In this document: piece by piece, positions 1-8,289 of the stretch | Layout of the letters: the number at the start of each line of letters is the position of its first letter | Position numbering within the stretch: the stretch's first letter is position 1 | Assembly: GCA_050253075.1 (NCBI GenBank) | Contig: JBFWJS010000007.1 | Coordinates: forward strand, 1 to 64,000 | Length of the DNA: 64,000 bases | DNA from: Deferribacterales bacterium | Lineage (GTDB): Bacteria; Chrysiogenota; Deferribacteres; Deferribacterales; Geovibrionaceae | Direction: 5' to 3' | Made by a program: the position numbers and the translations under genes | Notes under the pieces: model-generated | Told to the model about the DNA's origin: nothing | Databases searched by the model: none | The model's input: only the letters and a program-made list of their open reading frames with translations

Positions 1-70
1 TTAATCAGTTTGAATTATACTCTTTTTTATGACTATAATGCTACGTAGAAATAAATACGGAGGTTGCGAA

Positions 71-1273
71 ATGAAGAGACTCACTCTTACTTCGCTTATT
101 GTTTCATTATCACTTATTTTAGCTTCTTGTGTAGGGGGGCCAAAGGTTGATCCAAACGGTTATCAGATAAGCCCTGCGGATGTTGAGAAGATTAACATCC
201 CTGCGGTGTGCCAGTCTTCTTATAAGACCGAGACACCACGTATAGCTATCACTACTTTCCAGAATAACACCACATACGGAAACATGACGGCTACTAACAC
301 ACACGTTACAGGCGAAAGCTCAACAACGAGAAAATCCGCTGCTATGGTTGGCGTGGTTGCCACTCCTGTCGGCGTTGGTGTCGGCGGTGTCGGCGTGTCT
401 AAGACAGACACACAGTACGAGCAGAACATCGACTCTTTCATGAGAGAGATCGCTCCTAATATCGGTGAATACGCCCAGTCTTCTGTTGAGAACACTATGG
501 CGAACATCGGCGGTATGGACATCTTTGACAGAAACAACCTGCAGCAGATCATGTCTGAGCAGAAGTTTCAGATGACTATCGGCGACCCTAATACTGCCGT
601 ACAGCTCGGTAAACTTGCCGGCGTTCAGTACATCATCACAGGTACAGTTGATAACATCGCTACAAAGTATAAAGATAAGGCGAAGAGCTTTGATTCAGGC
701 AACGCATGGCTGAACCTTGCTCTCTCTGCTGCCACAGCCGCTGCAAACACACAGGCAGGCTGGAACGTAGACGTAGAGATGACGATCAAGCTCCTTGATG
801 TTGCTACAGGTCAGGTTGTTATTAACCAGAAAGTTAAAGGACACGAAGTTGCAGGCGAACAGAAGAACTTTAACCCTGAGATGGCTATCACGGCAGCTAA
901 AAAGGCTATGGGCGAGGCAGTTGACGACCTCAGACCGGTATTCTCCGAGAGATTCTCTCAGAGAGGATACATCCAGCAGCTTAGAGGCAACAAGCAGGTT
1001 GCTCTCATCAACCTCGGCTCTGAAAAGGGTATGCAGCCTGGCACAAAGGTTGTGGCTTACGACTTCATCGAGATCGTAGACCCATTCACAAACGTTGCTA
1101 CATGTAACATGTCTGCTATCCCTGTAGACCTTACTGTTTCTGACCAGATCATGGCGAATCAGGCATGGCTTCAGGTCAAAGGCAAGCCGGAACAGATTTC
1201 CAGACTCAAGCGCGGCGTTATAATCAAGCGTGAAACGCTGAAAGGCCAGAGCTTAATGAAGAAATTCTTCTAA
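71..1273 (+). CDS. CsgG/HfaB-family lipoprotein with FlgT-C-like C-terminal domain
   Basis: GGAGG RBS before ATG at 71; lipobox LASC; CsgG-like 'DRNNLQQIMSEQK...GKLAGVQYIITGTV'; C-terminal 'INLGSEKGMQPG' as in FlgT C-domain. Confidence 0.7.
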   Translation: MKRLTLTSLIVSLSLILASCVGGPKVDPNGYQISPADVEKINIPAVCQSSYKTETPRIAITTFQNNTTYGNMTATNTHVTGESSTTRKSAAMVGVVATPVGVGVGGVGVSKTDTQYEQNIDSFMREIAPNIGEYAQSSVENTMANIGGMDIFDRNNLQQIMSEQKFQMTIGDPNTAVQLGKLAGVQYIITGTVDNIATKYKDKAKSFDSGNAWLNLALSAATAAANTQAGWNVDVEMTIKLLDVATGQVVINQKVKGHEVAGEQKNFNPEMAITAAKKAMGEAVDDLRPVFSERFSQRGYIQQLRGNKQVALINLGSEKGMQPGTKVVAYDFIEIVDPFTNVATCNMSAIPVDLTVSDQIMANQAWLQVKGKPEQISRLKRGVIIKRETLKGQSLMKKFF

Positions 1274-1283
1274 ATTTTATACA

Positions 1284-1314
1284 TACGGCGGGCGGATTTT
1301 TTCCGCCCGTTGTA
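1284..1314 (+). terminator. Intrinsic terminator-like hairpin
   Basis: tacggcgggcgga / tccgcccgttgta inverted repeat just after the stop at 1273. Confidence 0.7.
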
Positions 1315-1323
1315 ATTTCTACC

Positions 1324-1352
1324 TTGTATCATGTCTTAACTCCTTATATTAT
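1324..1352 (+). promoter_or_regulatory. Putative sigma70 promoter
   Basis: TTGTAT-17bp-TATTAT upstream of ORF 1380. Confidence 0.45.
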
Positions 1353-1379
1353 TGATTTACTAACTCCCGAAGGTATGTC

Positions 1380-2360
1380 ATGCGTATTTTAATGATTGTT
1401 CTGTTTTTAATGTCTTTAGGCACATCTGTTCTTTATGCGGAGGACATGGGTGCCAATGTCGATGTTACTCTTGAGATAGAGGGCGAGTATAAATTTGAGC
1501 CTTTTAAGGAGCCTTCCCCCGGACTGGAGGGTCTCATTAACAAAGGCGTGATGCGTGTCATCACAGAGTCCGGACAGGGACTTTCTAAATATGCTGCGCT
1601 TAACGACGCTATGCAGAAGGCTCGTAAAGAGGTCTGGGATGCCGTGGTGAACAACTACATCGCCGAAGGCATAACAGTAAAAGACGCCATAATGGCTGCT
1701 CCGCCTTATAAAGAATATAAGCCGAAAGAAGACGAAAAAGAGAAATTCAACGCTATGACAGATGCCCAGAGGAAGGCTTTCGTAGAAAAGAACGGTAAAG
1801 AGAAGAAATATGACTTTGAAAAATACCTTGAGATAATAAAAGAGTGCGGCAGCTATAAAAACTCCGGCAGGTTTTACGACGCTGTTGAGAAAATAGGCTA
1901 TGCATGCCTCGAGGTCAGCAAGGACGAGTTTTTCAAAGCTGTTGAGAATGATAAGATAAACATCTTCAAAGACAGAAAAGCAAGTGAAAAATATAAGCCG
2001 ATGGACAGGCAGAACCTGAACTATGATGCCGTCATCATAGACGCCACAGACACCGACTATAAACCGCAGCTTTTCGTAAGGCTGGAATCGCCCACAGACG
2101 AAGCCGTCTATGAAGGTATCGCAGGGAAGAAGAACATATTCTTCGCCGAGAACCTCGACGATGCCAAAAGTATCCTCGGAGAGATGGGCGCACACAGGGT
2201 GATGGCTGCGAAGGCTAACTTCACCGTGAAAAAGGTCGGGCTGAGCATGAGCCTGCCCGATGCTGACAGGATATTTTCGGCACTTGTTAAGAATAATAAG
2301 ATGCCTTTTGTTATAATATATAAAACAGAAACTACCGAGACAACACCGCCGGGAGAATAA
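1380..2360 (+). CDS. Exported protein, LPP20/FlgP-like
   Basis: Signal peptide; 'AALNDAMQKARKEVWDAV..NYIAEGITVKD' resembles the LPP20/FlgP motif; C-terminal 'YDAVIIDA' domain. Confidence 0.5.
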   Translation: MRILMIVLFLMSLGTSVLYAEDMGANVDVTLEIEGEYKFEPFKEPSPGLEGLINKGVMRVITESGQGLSKYAALNDAMQKARKEVWDAVVNNYIAEGITVKDAIMAAPPYKEYKPKEDEKEKFNAMTDAQRKAFVEKNGKEKKYDFEKYLEIIKECGSYKNSGRFYDAVEKIGYACLEVSKDEFFKAVENDKINIFKDRKASEKYKPMDRQNLNYDAVIIDATDTDYKPQLFVRLESPTDEAVYEGIAGKKNIFFAENLDDAKSILGEMGAHRVMAAKANFTVKKVGLSMSLPDADRIFSALVKNNKMPFVIIYKTETTETTPPGE

Positions 2361-2361
2361 T

Positions 2362-3468
2362 ATGAAGAAATTACTGCTTACCGTCATTGCACTGATAGTA
2401 ACAACTGTCGCTTTTGCCGCACCGATAACCGTGACTGCTATCGGCGAGGCAGACATCATAAACGGAGACAAGCCCAGCGCAAAGATTCAGGCTGTAGCCA
2501 GAGCTAAATGGGCTGCTATGGAAGAGGCTTCAGGCGTAAGGGTTAAATCCGACACAATAGTGCAGAACGCCGTGCTAGTGGACGAGGCTATCAAAAACGA
2601 AGTGACAGGCGTCATCCAGAACTATGAAGTAACCGGTGAAGAAGAGGACGGGCAGACTTATCGTGTTATGATAAGTGCCTCTATCGTCCCTGAAAAAGCT
2701 AAAGACGCAGTGGGCATCATCGCAAAGAACACATCTATCTCTGTTATGATACCTGTTGTTTTCCCCGATAAACACGTAGAGGAGACAAACATCCTCACAG
2801 AGACAGTGATAAACGAGCTCACAATGCAGCAGATGGAGGTCATCGACATAGCCTCATCCGAGGGGACAAGCCTCGATACGCTCAATAAAGCTATGCAGAC
2901 AAACAACTACATGGCTATGAGAAACATTGCTGCAAAGCACCTTTCAGGTACTCTCCTGATAGGTAAAGTGGACACTACCACAACAGCATCCGAAGGTACA
3001 GACGTCGGCTACGGCGTTTCGCTTCCGTTCAATGTGGTCACAGGACGCCTCACTTACAGGCTCGTGACACAGCAGGGTGCAAACCTCCGCATACTCGCCA
3101 GCGGCTTCCTCAGCGCAAGGGGGATGGGTGCATCTCTCGGCGACGCCACAAACCAGATGATGGCAAATATGAACCGTGAGGTATCCCAGACACTCGTAAG
3201 CATCGTTATGGAAAAGATAAAGGGTGAAAACAGCAAATCCATTATGGTACAGATGGCGGGCAACCCCAGCATAGGCGACCTCATGGAGCTGAAACAGATA
3301 CTTTCATACACGGCGTGGGTGCTGGAAGTGAAAGAGAAGGGTAAGGACATGCTGGTCGTGACATACCCTGAAAAGTCGCTCTACCTCGCAACAGCGATAA
3401 ACAGCAAACCGAACTATGAAGTTCAGAAGCTGAGCGAATATCAGATAATACTGAAAAAACTCTACTAG
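2362..3468 (+). CDS. Exported protein with FlgT N-terminal-like domain
   Basis: Signal peptide (AFA-A); 'VTAIGEA...AKIQAVARAKWAAMEEASGVRVKS' typical of FlgT_N; starts 1 nt after the previous stop. Confidence 0.6.
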   Translation: MKKLLLTVIALIVTTVAFAAPITVTAIGEADIINGDKPSAKIQAVARAKWAAMEEASGVRVKSDTIVQNAVLVDEAIKNEVTGVIQNYEVTGEEEDGQTYRVMISASIVPEKAKDAVGIIAKNTSISVMIPVVFPDKHVEETNILTETVINELTMQQMEVIDIASSEGTSLDTLNKAMQTNNYMAMRNIAAKHLSGTLLIGKVDTTTTASEGTDVGYGVSLPFNVVTGRLTYRLVTQQGANLRILASGFLSARGMGASLGDATNQMMANMNREVSQTLVSIVMEKIKGENSKSIMVQMAGNPSIGDLMELKQILSYTAWVLEVKEKGKDMLVVTYPEKSLYLATAINSKPNYEVQKLSEYQIILKKLY

Positions 3469-3475
3469 AAATTTC

Positions 3476-3500
3476 AGGCGGTCATAAGGCCGCCTTTTTT
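3476..3500 (+). terminator. Intrinsic terminator
   Basis: aggcggtc-ataa-ggccgcct followed by a T-run. Confidence 0.75.
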
Positions 3501-3570
3501 ATTTAAAAATTTAAAAAAACAGGCTGATCTCCTGTTATAATATAATAATCTTATTATTGCGCAGGTTACT

Positions 3571-5655
3571 ATGACTTCTCTTAAGACCATTCTGAAAAAC
3601 TATAGGCTGATCGCATTCCTCATCGTATCCGTCATTGCCGTGTCGGGTTACTATTATCAGCCTTCCGCTATACAAAAATTCTCCCTCGGTCTGGAAGACC
3701 TTAAATTCACCGCACGTTCCGCTCTCGGGCTTTCACCAAAGCCGAATGAGGACATCGTCATCATCGAGGTGGACGAGCCGAGTGTAAACATCATCGGACG
3801 CTGGCCGTGGAACAGGGACGTAATGGCGAACCTTTTCGAAAACCTCTCCGAGGCGACTGTCGTGGGGCTTGATATTGTCTTTTCCGAGACATCGGACGAA
3901 GAGCGGGACAGGCACCTCGCAGATACTATGTACGACAACGGAAACATCATCCTCGGATACTTCTTCCGTGATGTGGCGACAGAGGAGACCACAGAAAAGG
4001 ACATAGACTATCTGCAGGACTGCGCATACATGAACTTTACCATGCTGGACGACTCTGTCGGTATAAAGGAATTCCCATACGCAGAGGTGAACATCCCTCT
4101 GATAGCGGAATCAGGGCTGACATGTGCGTACTTCAGCACAGAGCCTGACACAGACGGACTATACAGGCGTTATCCGCTGGCATACATACATAAGGGATAC
4201 ATCCTCCCTCCGCTCGCCGTGCAGATGATGCGTTACTACCTGAATAAAGAGATAGAGCTGAAAGTCGATAAGCACGGCGTAAACACATTTGAAATAGGCG
4301 ATCTCAGCCTTAAAAACCGCTCATACGTGCGTCTGAACTATTACGACGACGTAAAGTACGTCTCAGCCCATGACGTGATAGACGGCACCGTACCGCCGTC
4401 ATATTTCAAAGATAAGATGGTCATAGTCGGTGTCACCGAAGTAGGCGTATACGATATGCGTCCCACACCTGTAAACCCTGTCACACCAGGGGTTTCGCTG
4501 CACTATGTCGCTCTCAGCAACCTGCTGCAGAATGAACTGCTCCAGACATCAGAGACAGCGGACTACATCAGTATATTCCTGACGCTTCTCCTTGTGGTGG
4601 CTATATCCTTTATAAGGAAACAGCACCACAGGATAATCCTTTATACGGTTGTGATAGCTGCATCGGGAGCTTTCTCCTATTGCATGCTCTTTTTCGGAAA
4701 TTACTGGCAGCATGAGTTTTTTACCATTATGCCGTCTGTTATATTCATAGCATCCCTTGAGACATTCGCATTCTTCACCGTGGAGAGAAAGGCGAAAGAG
4801 GTCAAGAAGGCGTTCAGTTCTTACGTCTCCCCTGCGCTGGTGGAGGAGATACAGAAAAACCCCGACAAGCTCAAGCTGGGCGGTGAGGAGAGATGCATAT
4901 CCATCATGTTCTCCGACATCAGAGGCTTTACATCTCTGTCCGAGAGCCTGACTGCGCCAGAACTGGTTGCAATGCTGAACAAGATACACGGACCTATGAC
5001 AAACGTGGTGCTGAACAACAAAGGTATGCTTGATAAATACATCGGCGATGCCATGATGGTTCTGTACAACACCCCGCTTGATCTCGAGGATCATGCGGAC
5101 ATGGCCGTACTCTCTGCGCTGCAGCTCATACGCACCCTGCACGAGATTAACGCTCGCTTCACAGAGGCAGGTCTGCCGAATGTGGACGTTGGCGTAGGCG
5201 TGAACTCGGGGCATGCAGTATGCGGAAACATGGGCTCACAGGTCAGGTTTGAATATACGGCGATAGGCGACAGCGTTAACCTTGCATCCCGTCTGGAAGG
5301 ACTGTGTAAGGCGTATAAAGTGCGCATAGTCATCAGCGAATACACAAAAGACATGTGTAAGATGCACTTTCTGATGAGGAAGCTGGACGACGTAAAGGTG
5401 AAAGGTAAGAACAAGCCCGTCGCTATATTTGAAGTGATGGAGGATACTCCTGAGCTGAGAGAGCTGAAAGAGTCTTTCGAAAAAGCTCTGGATATGTATT
5501 TTAACAGAGAGTTTGCCGCCGCGCTCCCGCTTTTTAAGAAACTGGCGGACGAAGGCGACGCCACATCGGAAGTTTTTGTGGAAAGGTGCGAACATTATAA
5601 GGAAGAACCGCCCGAAGAACCGTGGGACGGATCGTTCACAATGAAGAGTAAGTAA
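3571..5655 (+). CDS. CHASE2-domain class III adenylyl cyclase
   Basis: CHASE2 motifs (GRWPWNR, GLDIVFSE, DTDGLYRR); transmembrane helices; cyclase motifs FSDIRGFT, KYIGDA, YTAIGDSVNLASRLEG; Lys/Thr specificity pair indicates ATP. Confidence 0.92.
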   Translation: MTSLKTILKNYRLIAFLIVSVIAVSGYYYQPSAIQKFSLGLEDLKFTARSALGLSPKPNEDIVIIEVDEPSVNIIGRWPWNRDVMANLFENLSEATVVGLDIVFSETSDEERDRHLADTMYDNGNIILGYFFRDVATEETTEKDIDYLQDCAYMNFTMLDDSVGIKEFPYAEVNIPLIAESGLTCAYFSTEPDTDGLYRRYPLAYIHKGYILPPLAVQMMRYYLNKEIELKVDKHGVNTFEIGDLSLKNRSYVRLNYYDDVKYVSAHDVIDGTVPPSYFKDKMVIVGVTEVGVYDMRPTPVNPVTPGVSLHYVALSNLLQNELLQTSETADYISIFLTLLLVVAISFIRKQHHRIILYTVVIAASGAFSYCMLFFGNYWQHEFFTIMPSVIFIASLETFAFFTVERKAKEVKKAFSSYVSPALVEEIQKNPDKLKLGGEERCISIMFSDIRGFTSLSESLTAPELVAMLNKIHGPMTNVVLNNKGMLDKYIGDAMMVLYNTPLDLEDHADMAVLSALQLIRTLHEINARFTEAGLPNVDVGVGVNSGHAVCGNMGSQVRFEYTAIGDSVNLASRLEGLCKAYKVRIVISEYTKDMCKMHFLMRKLDDVKVKGKNKPVAIFEVMEDTPELRELKESFEKALDMYFNREFAAALPLFKKLADEGDATSEVFVERCEHYKEEPPEEPWDGSFTMKSK

Positions 5656-5674
5656 ATAACTGAAAGAGGATAAA

Positions 5675-6637
5675 ATGAAAAAGATAGCAGTGATGACAAG
5701 CGGGGGCGACTGCCCCGGCATGAATGCGGCCATACGCAGCATCGTACGCACAGGGCTCGCAAATGATATAGAAGTATACGGAATAGAGCAGGGGTATAAA
5801 GGTCTGATAGAAGGCAAGCTGAAACTCCTGCAGAGCCGTGACGTTTCAAACACTATACAGCGTGGGGGGACATTCCTCCGCAGTGCCAGATGCCTCGAGT
5901 TTAAGACCGAAGCAGGACAGAAGCAGGCGATAGACCAGCTCGAGAAGTTCGGCATAGACGGACTGATAGTCATCGGAGGGGACGGCTCGCTCACAGGCGC
6001 ACGTATCCTTTACGAAAAGTACGGCATCAAGGTGATAGGGCTTCCCGGGTCGATAGACAACGACATCTACGGCACGAGCATATCCATAGGTGTGGACACT
6101 GCTCTGAACAACATTGCCCGTGCTGTGGACATGATAAACGAGACAGCCAGCTCCCACGACAGGACATTCATCATAGAGGTGATGGGGCGCAACTGCGGAT
6201 ACCTCGCACTGATGTCTGCCATCGCATGCGGTGCAGAGGCTGTCATAATACCCGAGATAGAGTACAACCTTGAAAATATTATTGATAAGATAAAGAAGAG
6301 ATACGAAGAGGGTAAATCACGAAGCATCGTTATCGTTGCCGAGGGTGCGGGTTCTGCCGTGGATTTCGGCAAGGCGTTTCAGCTCATCGGCGGATTTGAC
6401 ACACGCATAACAGTGCTCGGACACCTTCAGCGTGGCGGAAGCCCGACAGTTTTCGACAGAACCCTCGCAACACGCATGGGTGCTGCTGCCGTGGACGGGC
6501 TCATAGACGGACAGAGCGGTGTCATGACGGCTCTGGCGGGGCGTGAGATATCATTCATCGACCTCGACGTGGTTCTTTCAAACAAGAGAGAGCTGGATAC
6601 AAAGTTTATGGAAATAGCGGAGGATCTTAGCCTGTAA
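5675..6637 (+). CDS. pfkA: ATP-dependent 6-phosphofructokinase
   Basis: TSGGDCPGMNA, GGDGS, SIDND, EVMGR, LGHLQRGG motifs. Confidence 0.96.
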   Translation: MKKIAVMTSGGDCPGMNAAIRSIVRTGLANDIEVYGIEQGYKGLIEGKLKLLQSRDVSNTIQRGGTFLRSARCLEFKTEAGQKQAIDQLEKFGIDGLIVIGGDGSLTGARILYEKYGIKVIGLPGSIDNDIYGTSISIGVDTALNNIARAVDMINETASSHDRTFIIEVMGRNCGYLALMSAIACGAEAVIIPEIEYNLENIIDKIKKRYEEGKSRSIVIVAEGAGSAVDFGKAFQLIGGFDTRITVLGHLQRGGSPTVFDRTLATRMGAAAVDGLIDGQSGVMTALAGREISFIDLDVVLSNKRELDTKFMEIAEDLSL

Positions 6638-7134
6638 TGAGCGTAACAACAAAAGGCGGAGACAAAGGCCAGACCAGTCTTTACAGTGGTCAGCGTGTTT
6701 CAAAGGATGATATACGCATAGAAACCGTGGGCACGGGGGACGAGCTCGTGAGCAATCTCGGCGAGTTTAAATTCATCGCTCCCGAATACAGAGACATCAT
6801 CGAAAGGGTGCAGAAGAACATCTTTCTGGTGAATGCGCACTGTGCCGACATGGACGGCGGGAAATACGACGTGGCAGAGGAAGAGGTTGATTTCCTCGAA
6901 GCCTTTGTCAAAGAAGGGGAAAAGCATTTAGACCTGAAAGGATTCATCATCCCTTCCGAAAACAGAAAGGCAGCAAAGGCGGATGTCTGCCGTACGGTTT
7001 GCCGTAGGTTTGAAAGAAGATTGATTAGTCTTTCAGCTTGTGCTAATCTTAGCCCTGCTGTTTTAAAATACATTAACAGACTGTCAGATTTCCTTTATAT
7101 CATGGCACGTCTTTTGGGAAAGGAGAATATATAA
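6637..7134 (+). CDS. PduO-type cob(I)alamin adenosyltransferase
   Basis: TKGGDKGQTSL, RTVCRRFER, YINRLSDFL motifs. Confidence 0.92.
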   Translation: MSVTTKGGDKGQTSLYSGQRVSKDDIRIETVGTGDELVSNLGEFKFIAPEYRDIIERVQKNIFLVNAHCADMDGGKYDVAEEEVDFLEAFVKEGEKHLDLKGFIIPSENRKAAKADVCRTVCRRFERRLISLSACANLSPAVLKYINRLSDFLYIMARLLGKENI

Positions 7135-7586
7135 TGTCGCTGAAAGATCAGATAACCGAAGATATGAAAACATACATGAAAGAGAAGAATACCGTGGCAC
7201 TCGGTGCCGTGCGTATGCTTCGTGCCGAGATAAAGAACGCTGAGATAGACTCCAGATCAGAGCTGGATGACGAGGGCGTTCAGAAGGTTATCGCCACTGC
7301 TATAAAAAAGCGTAAGGATGCCGCAGACCAGTATAACGGTGCGAACAGACCCGAGCTCGCTGAAAAAGAGATGGCAGAGGCAGACATACTTATGAAATAT
7401 ATGCCGCAGCAGCTCTCTGAGGACGAGGTTAAGGCTATCGTCACAGAGGCATGTGAAGGCGTTGATACATCTGATAAAAAGAACTTTGGCAAGGTTATGC
7501 AGGCTGTCATGGCAAAAGCTCAGGGGCGTGCCGACGGGAAGATCGTTAACCAGCTTGTGAAGGAAGCATTTGATGGGAATAATTGA
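7134..7586 (+). CDS. GatB/YqeY domain protein
   Basis: 'LKDQITEDMK..MKEK', 'KYMPQQLSEDE', 'GRADGK' YqeY pattern. Confidence 0.92.
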   Translation: MSLKDQITEDMKTYMKEKNTVALGAVRMLRAEIKNAEIDSRSELDDEGVQKVIATAIKKRKDAADQYNGANRPELAEKEMAEADILMKYMPQQLSEDEVKAIVTEACEGVDTSDKKNFGKVMQAVMAKAQGRADGKIVNQLVKEAFDGNN

Positions 7587-8289
7587 TATCGTACTGCTTA
7601 TTATTATAGGCATTTTTGCCGTAAAGGGGCTTATCAAAGGCCTCATTATGGAAATATTCGGTCTGCTGGCACTGATAGCAGGCTACATCACAGGGTTTAA
7701 ATACTCACACGTTTTCGCTAAGCCTATCGAGGCTCTCGGTCTCGAAGAGAAGGCAGCCGATGCTATCGGATATGTTGTCGGTTTTATTGTTGCCTACATC
7801 ATCGTTGTATTACTGGGCAATCTGCTCAGCAGAGCATTTAAAGAAGTGAAGCTCAGCTCTCTTAACAGAGGGGGCGGATTCCTCTTCGGCGCGATGAAGG
7901 CAGCTGTAATACTCGGTCTTATCCTCAGTGTCGTGATAACTGTCGCTCCAAAGTCTTCGGCATTTTCGAAAAACCTTCAGGAAGGGATGATCTCGGGCAA
8001 ACTGGCAAAGGTCGCTCCGTTTGTTTATAAGGTTATGAACAACATCCCCGATGTTAAAAAGCTGAACCCTTTTGACATACCCGAGGTTAAAAAGACGAAA
8101 GATGCTATGGACCTGCTCGAAAGCGATGCCGTGCAGGATGCTCTGGACGCCGTGAAGGATTCGAAAGCTCTCGATGAGCTTAAGAACCTGCCTGAAAACA
8201 CCAAAGAGGCGGTCGAAGGTCTCGTAGAGGATAAACCTCTGGAACAGCCGATAGACAACCCTCTCGGAGACATGCAGAAAGATCAATGA
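7573..8289 (+). CDS. cvpA: CvpA family membrane protein with acidic C-terminal tail
   Basis: 'IIDIVLL...KGLIKGLIME', 'LNRGGGFLFG'; located before mutS2; start may be 7570 or 7573. Confidence 0.85.
   Translation: MGIIDIVLLIIIGIFAVKGLIKGLIMEIFGLLALIAGYITGFKYSHVFAKPIEALGLEEKAADAIGYVVGFIVAYIIVVLLGNLLSRAFKEVKLSSLNRGGGFLFGAMKAAVILGLILSVVITVAPKSSAFSKNLQEGMISGKLAKVAPFVYKVMNNIPDVKKLNPFDIPEVKKTKDAMDLLESDAVQDALDAVKDSKALDELKNLPENTKEAVEGLVEDKPLEQPIDNPLGDMQKDQ

Noticed and set aside
71..1273. Curli secretion operon
   Set aside because: Only a CsgG-like fold; no csgA/B/E/F-like genes in the window (upstream context not visible)
1416..2471. 351-aa minus-strand ORF and many other long antisense ORFs in the track
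   Set aside because: Shadows of well-supported genes on the opposite strand, with no motifs or ribosome binding sites
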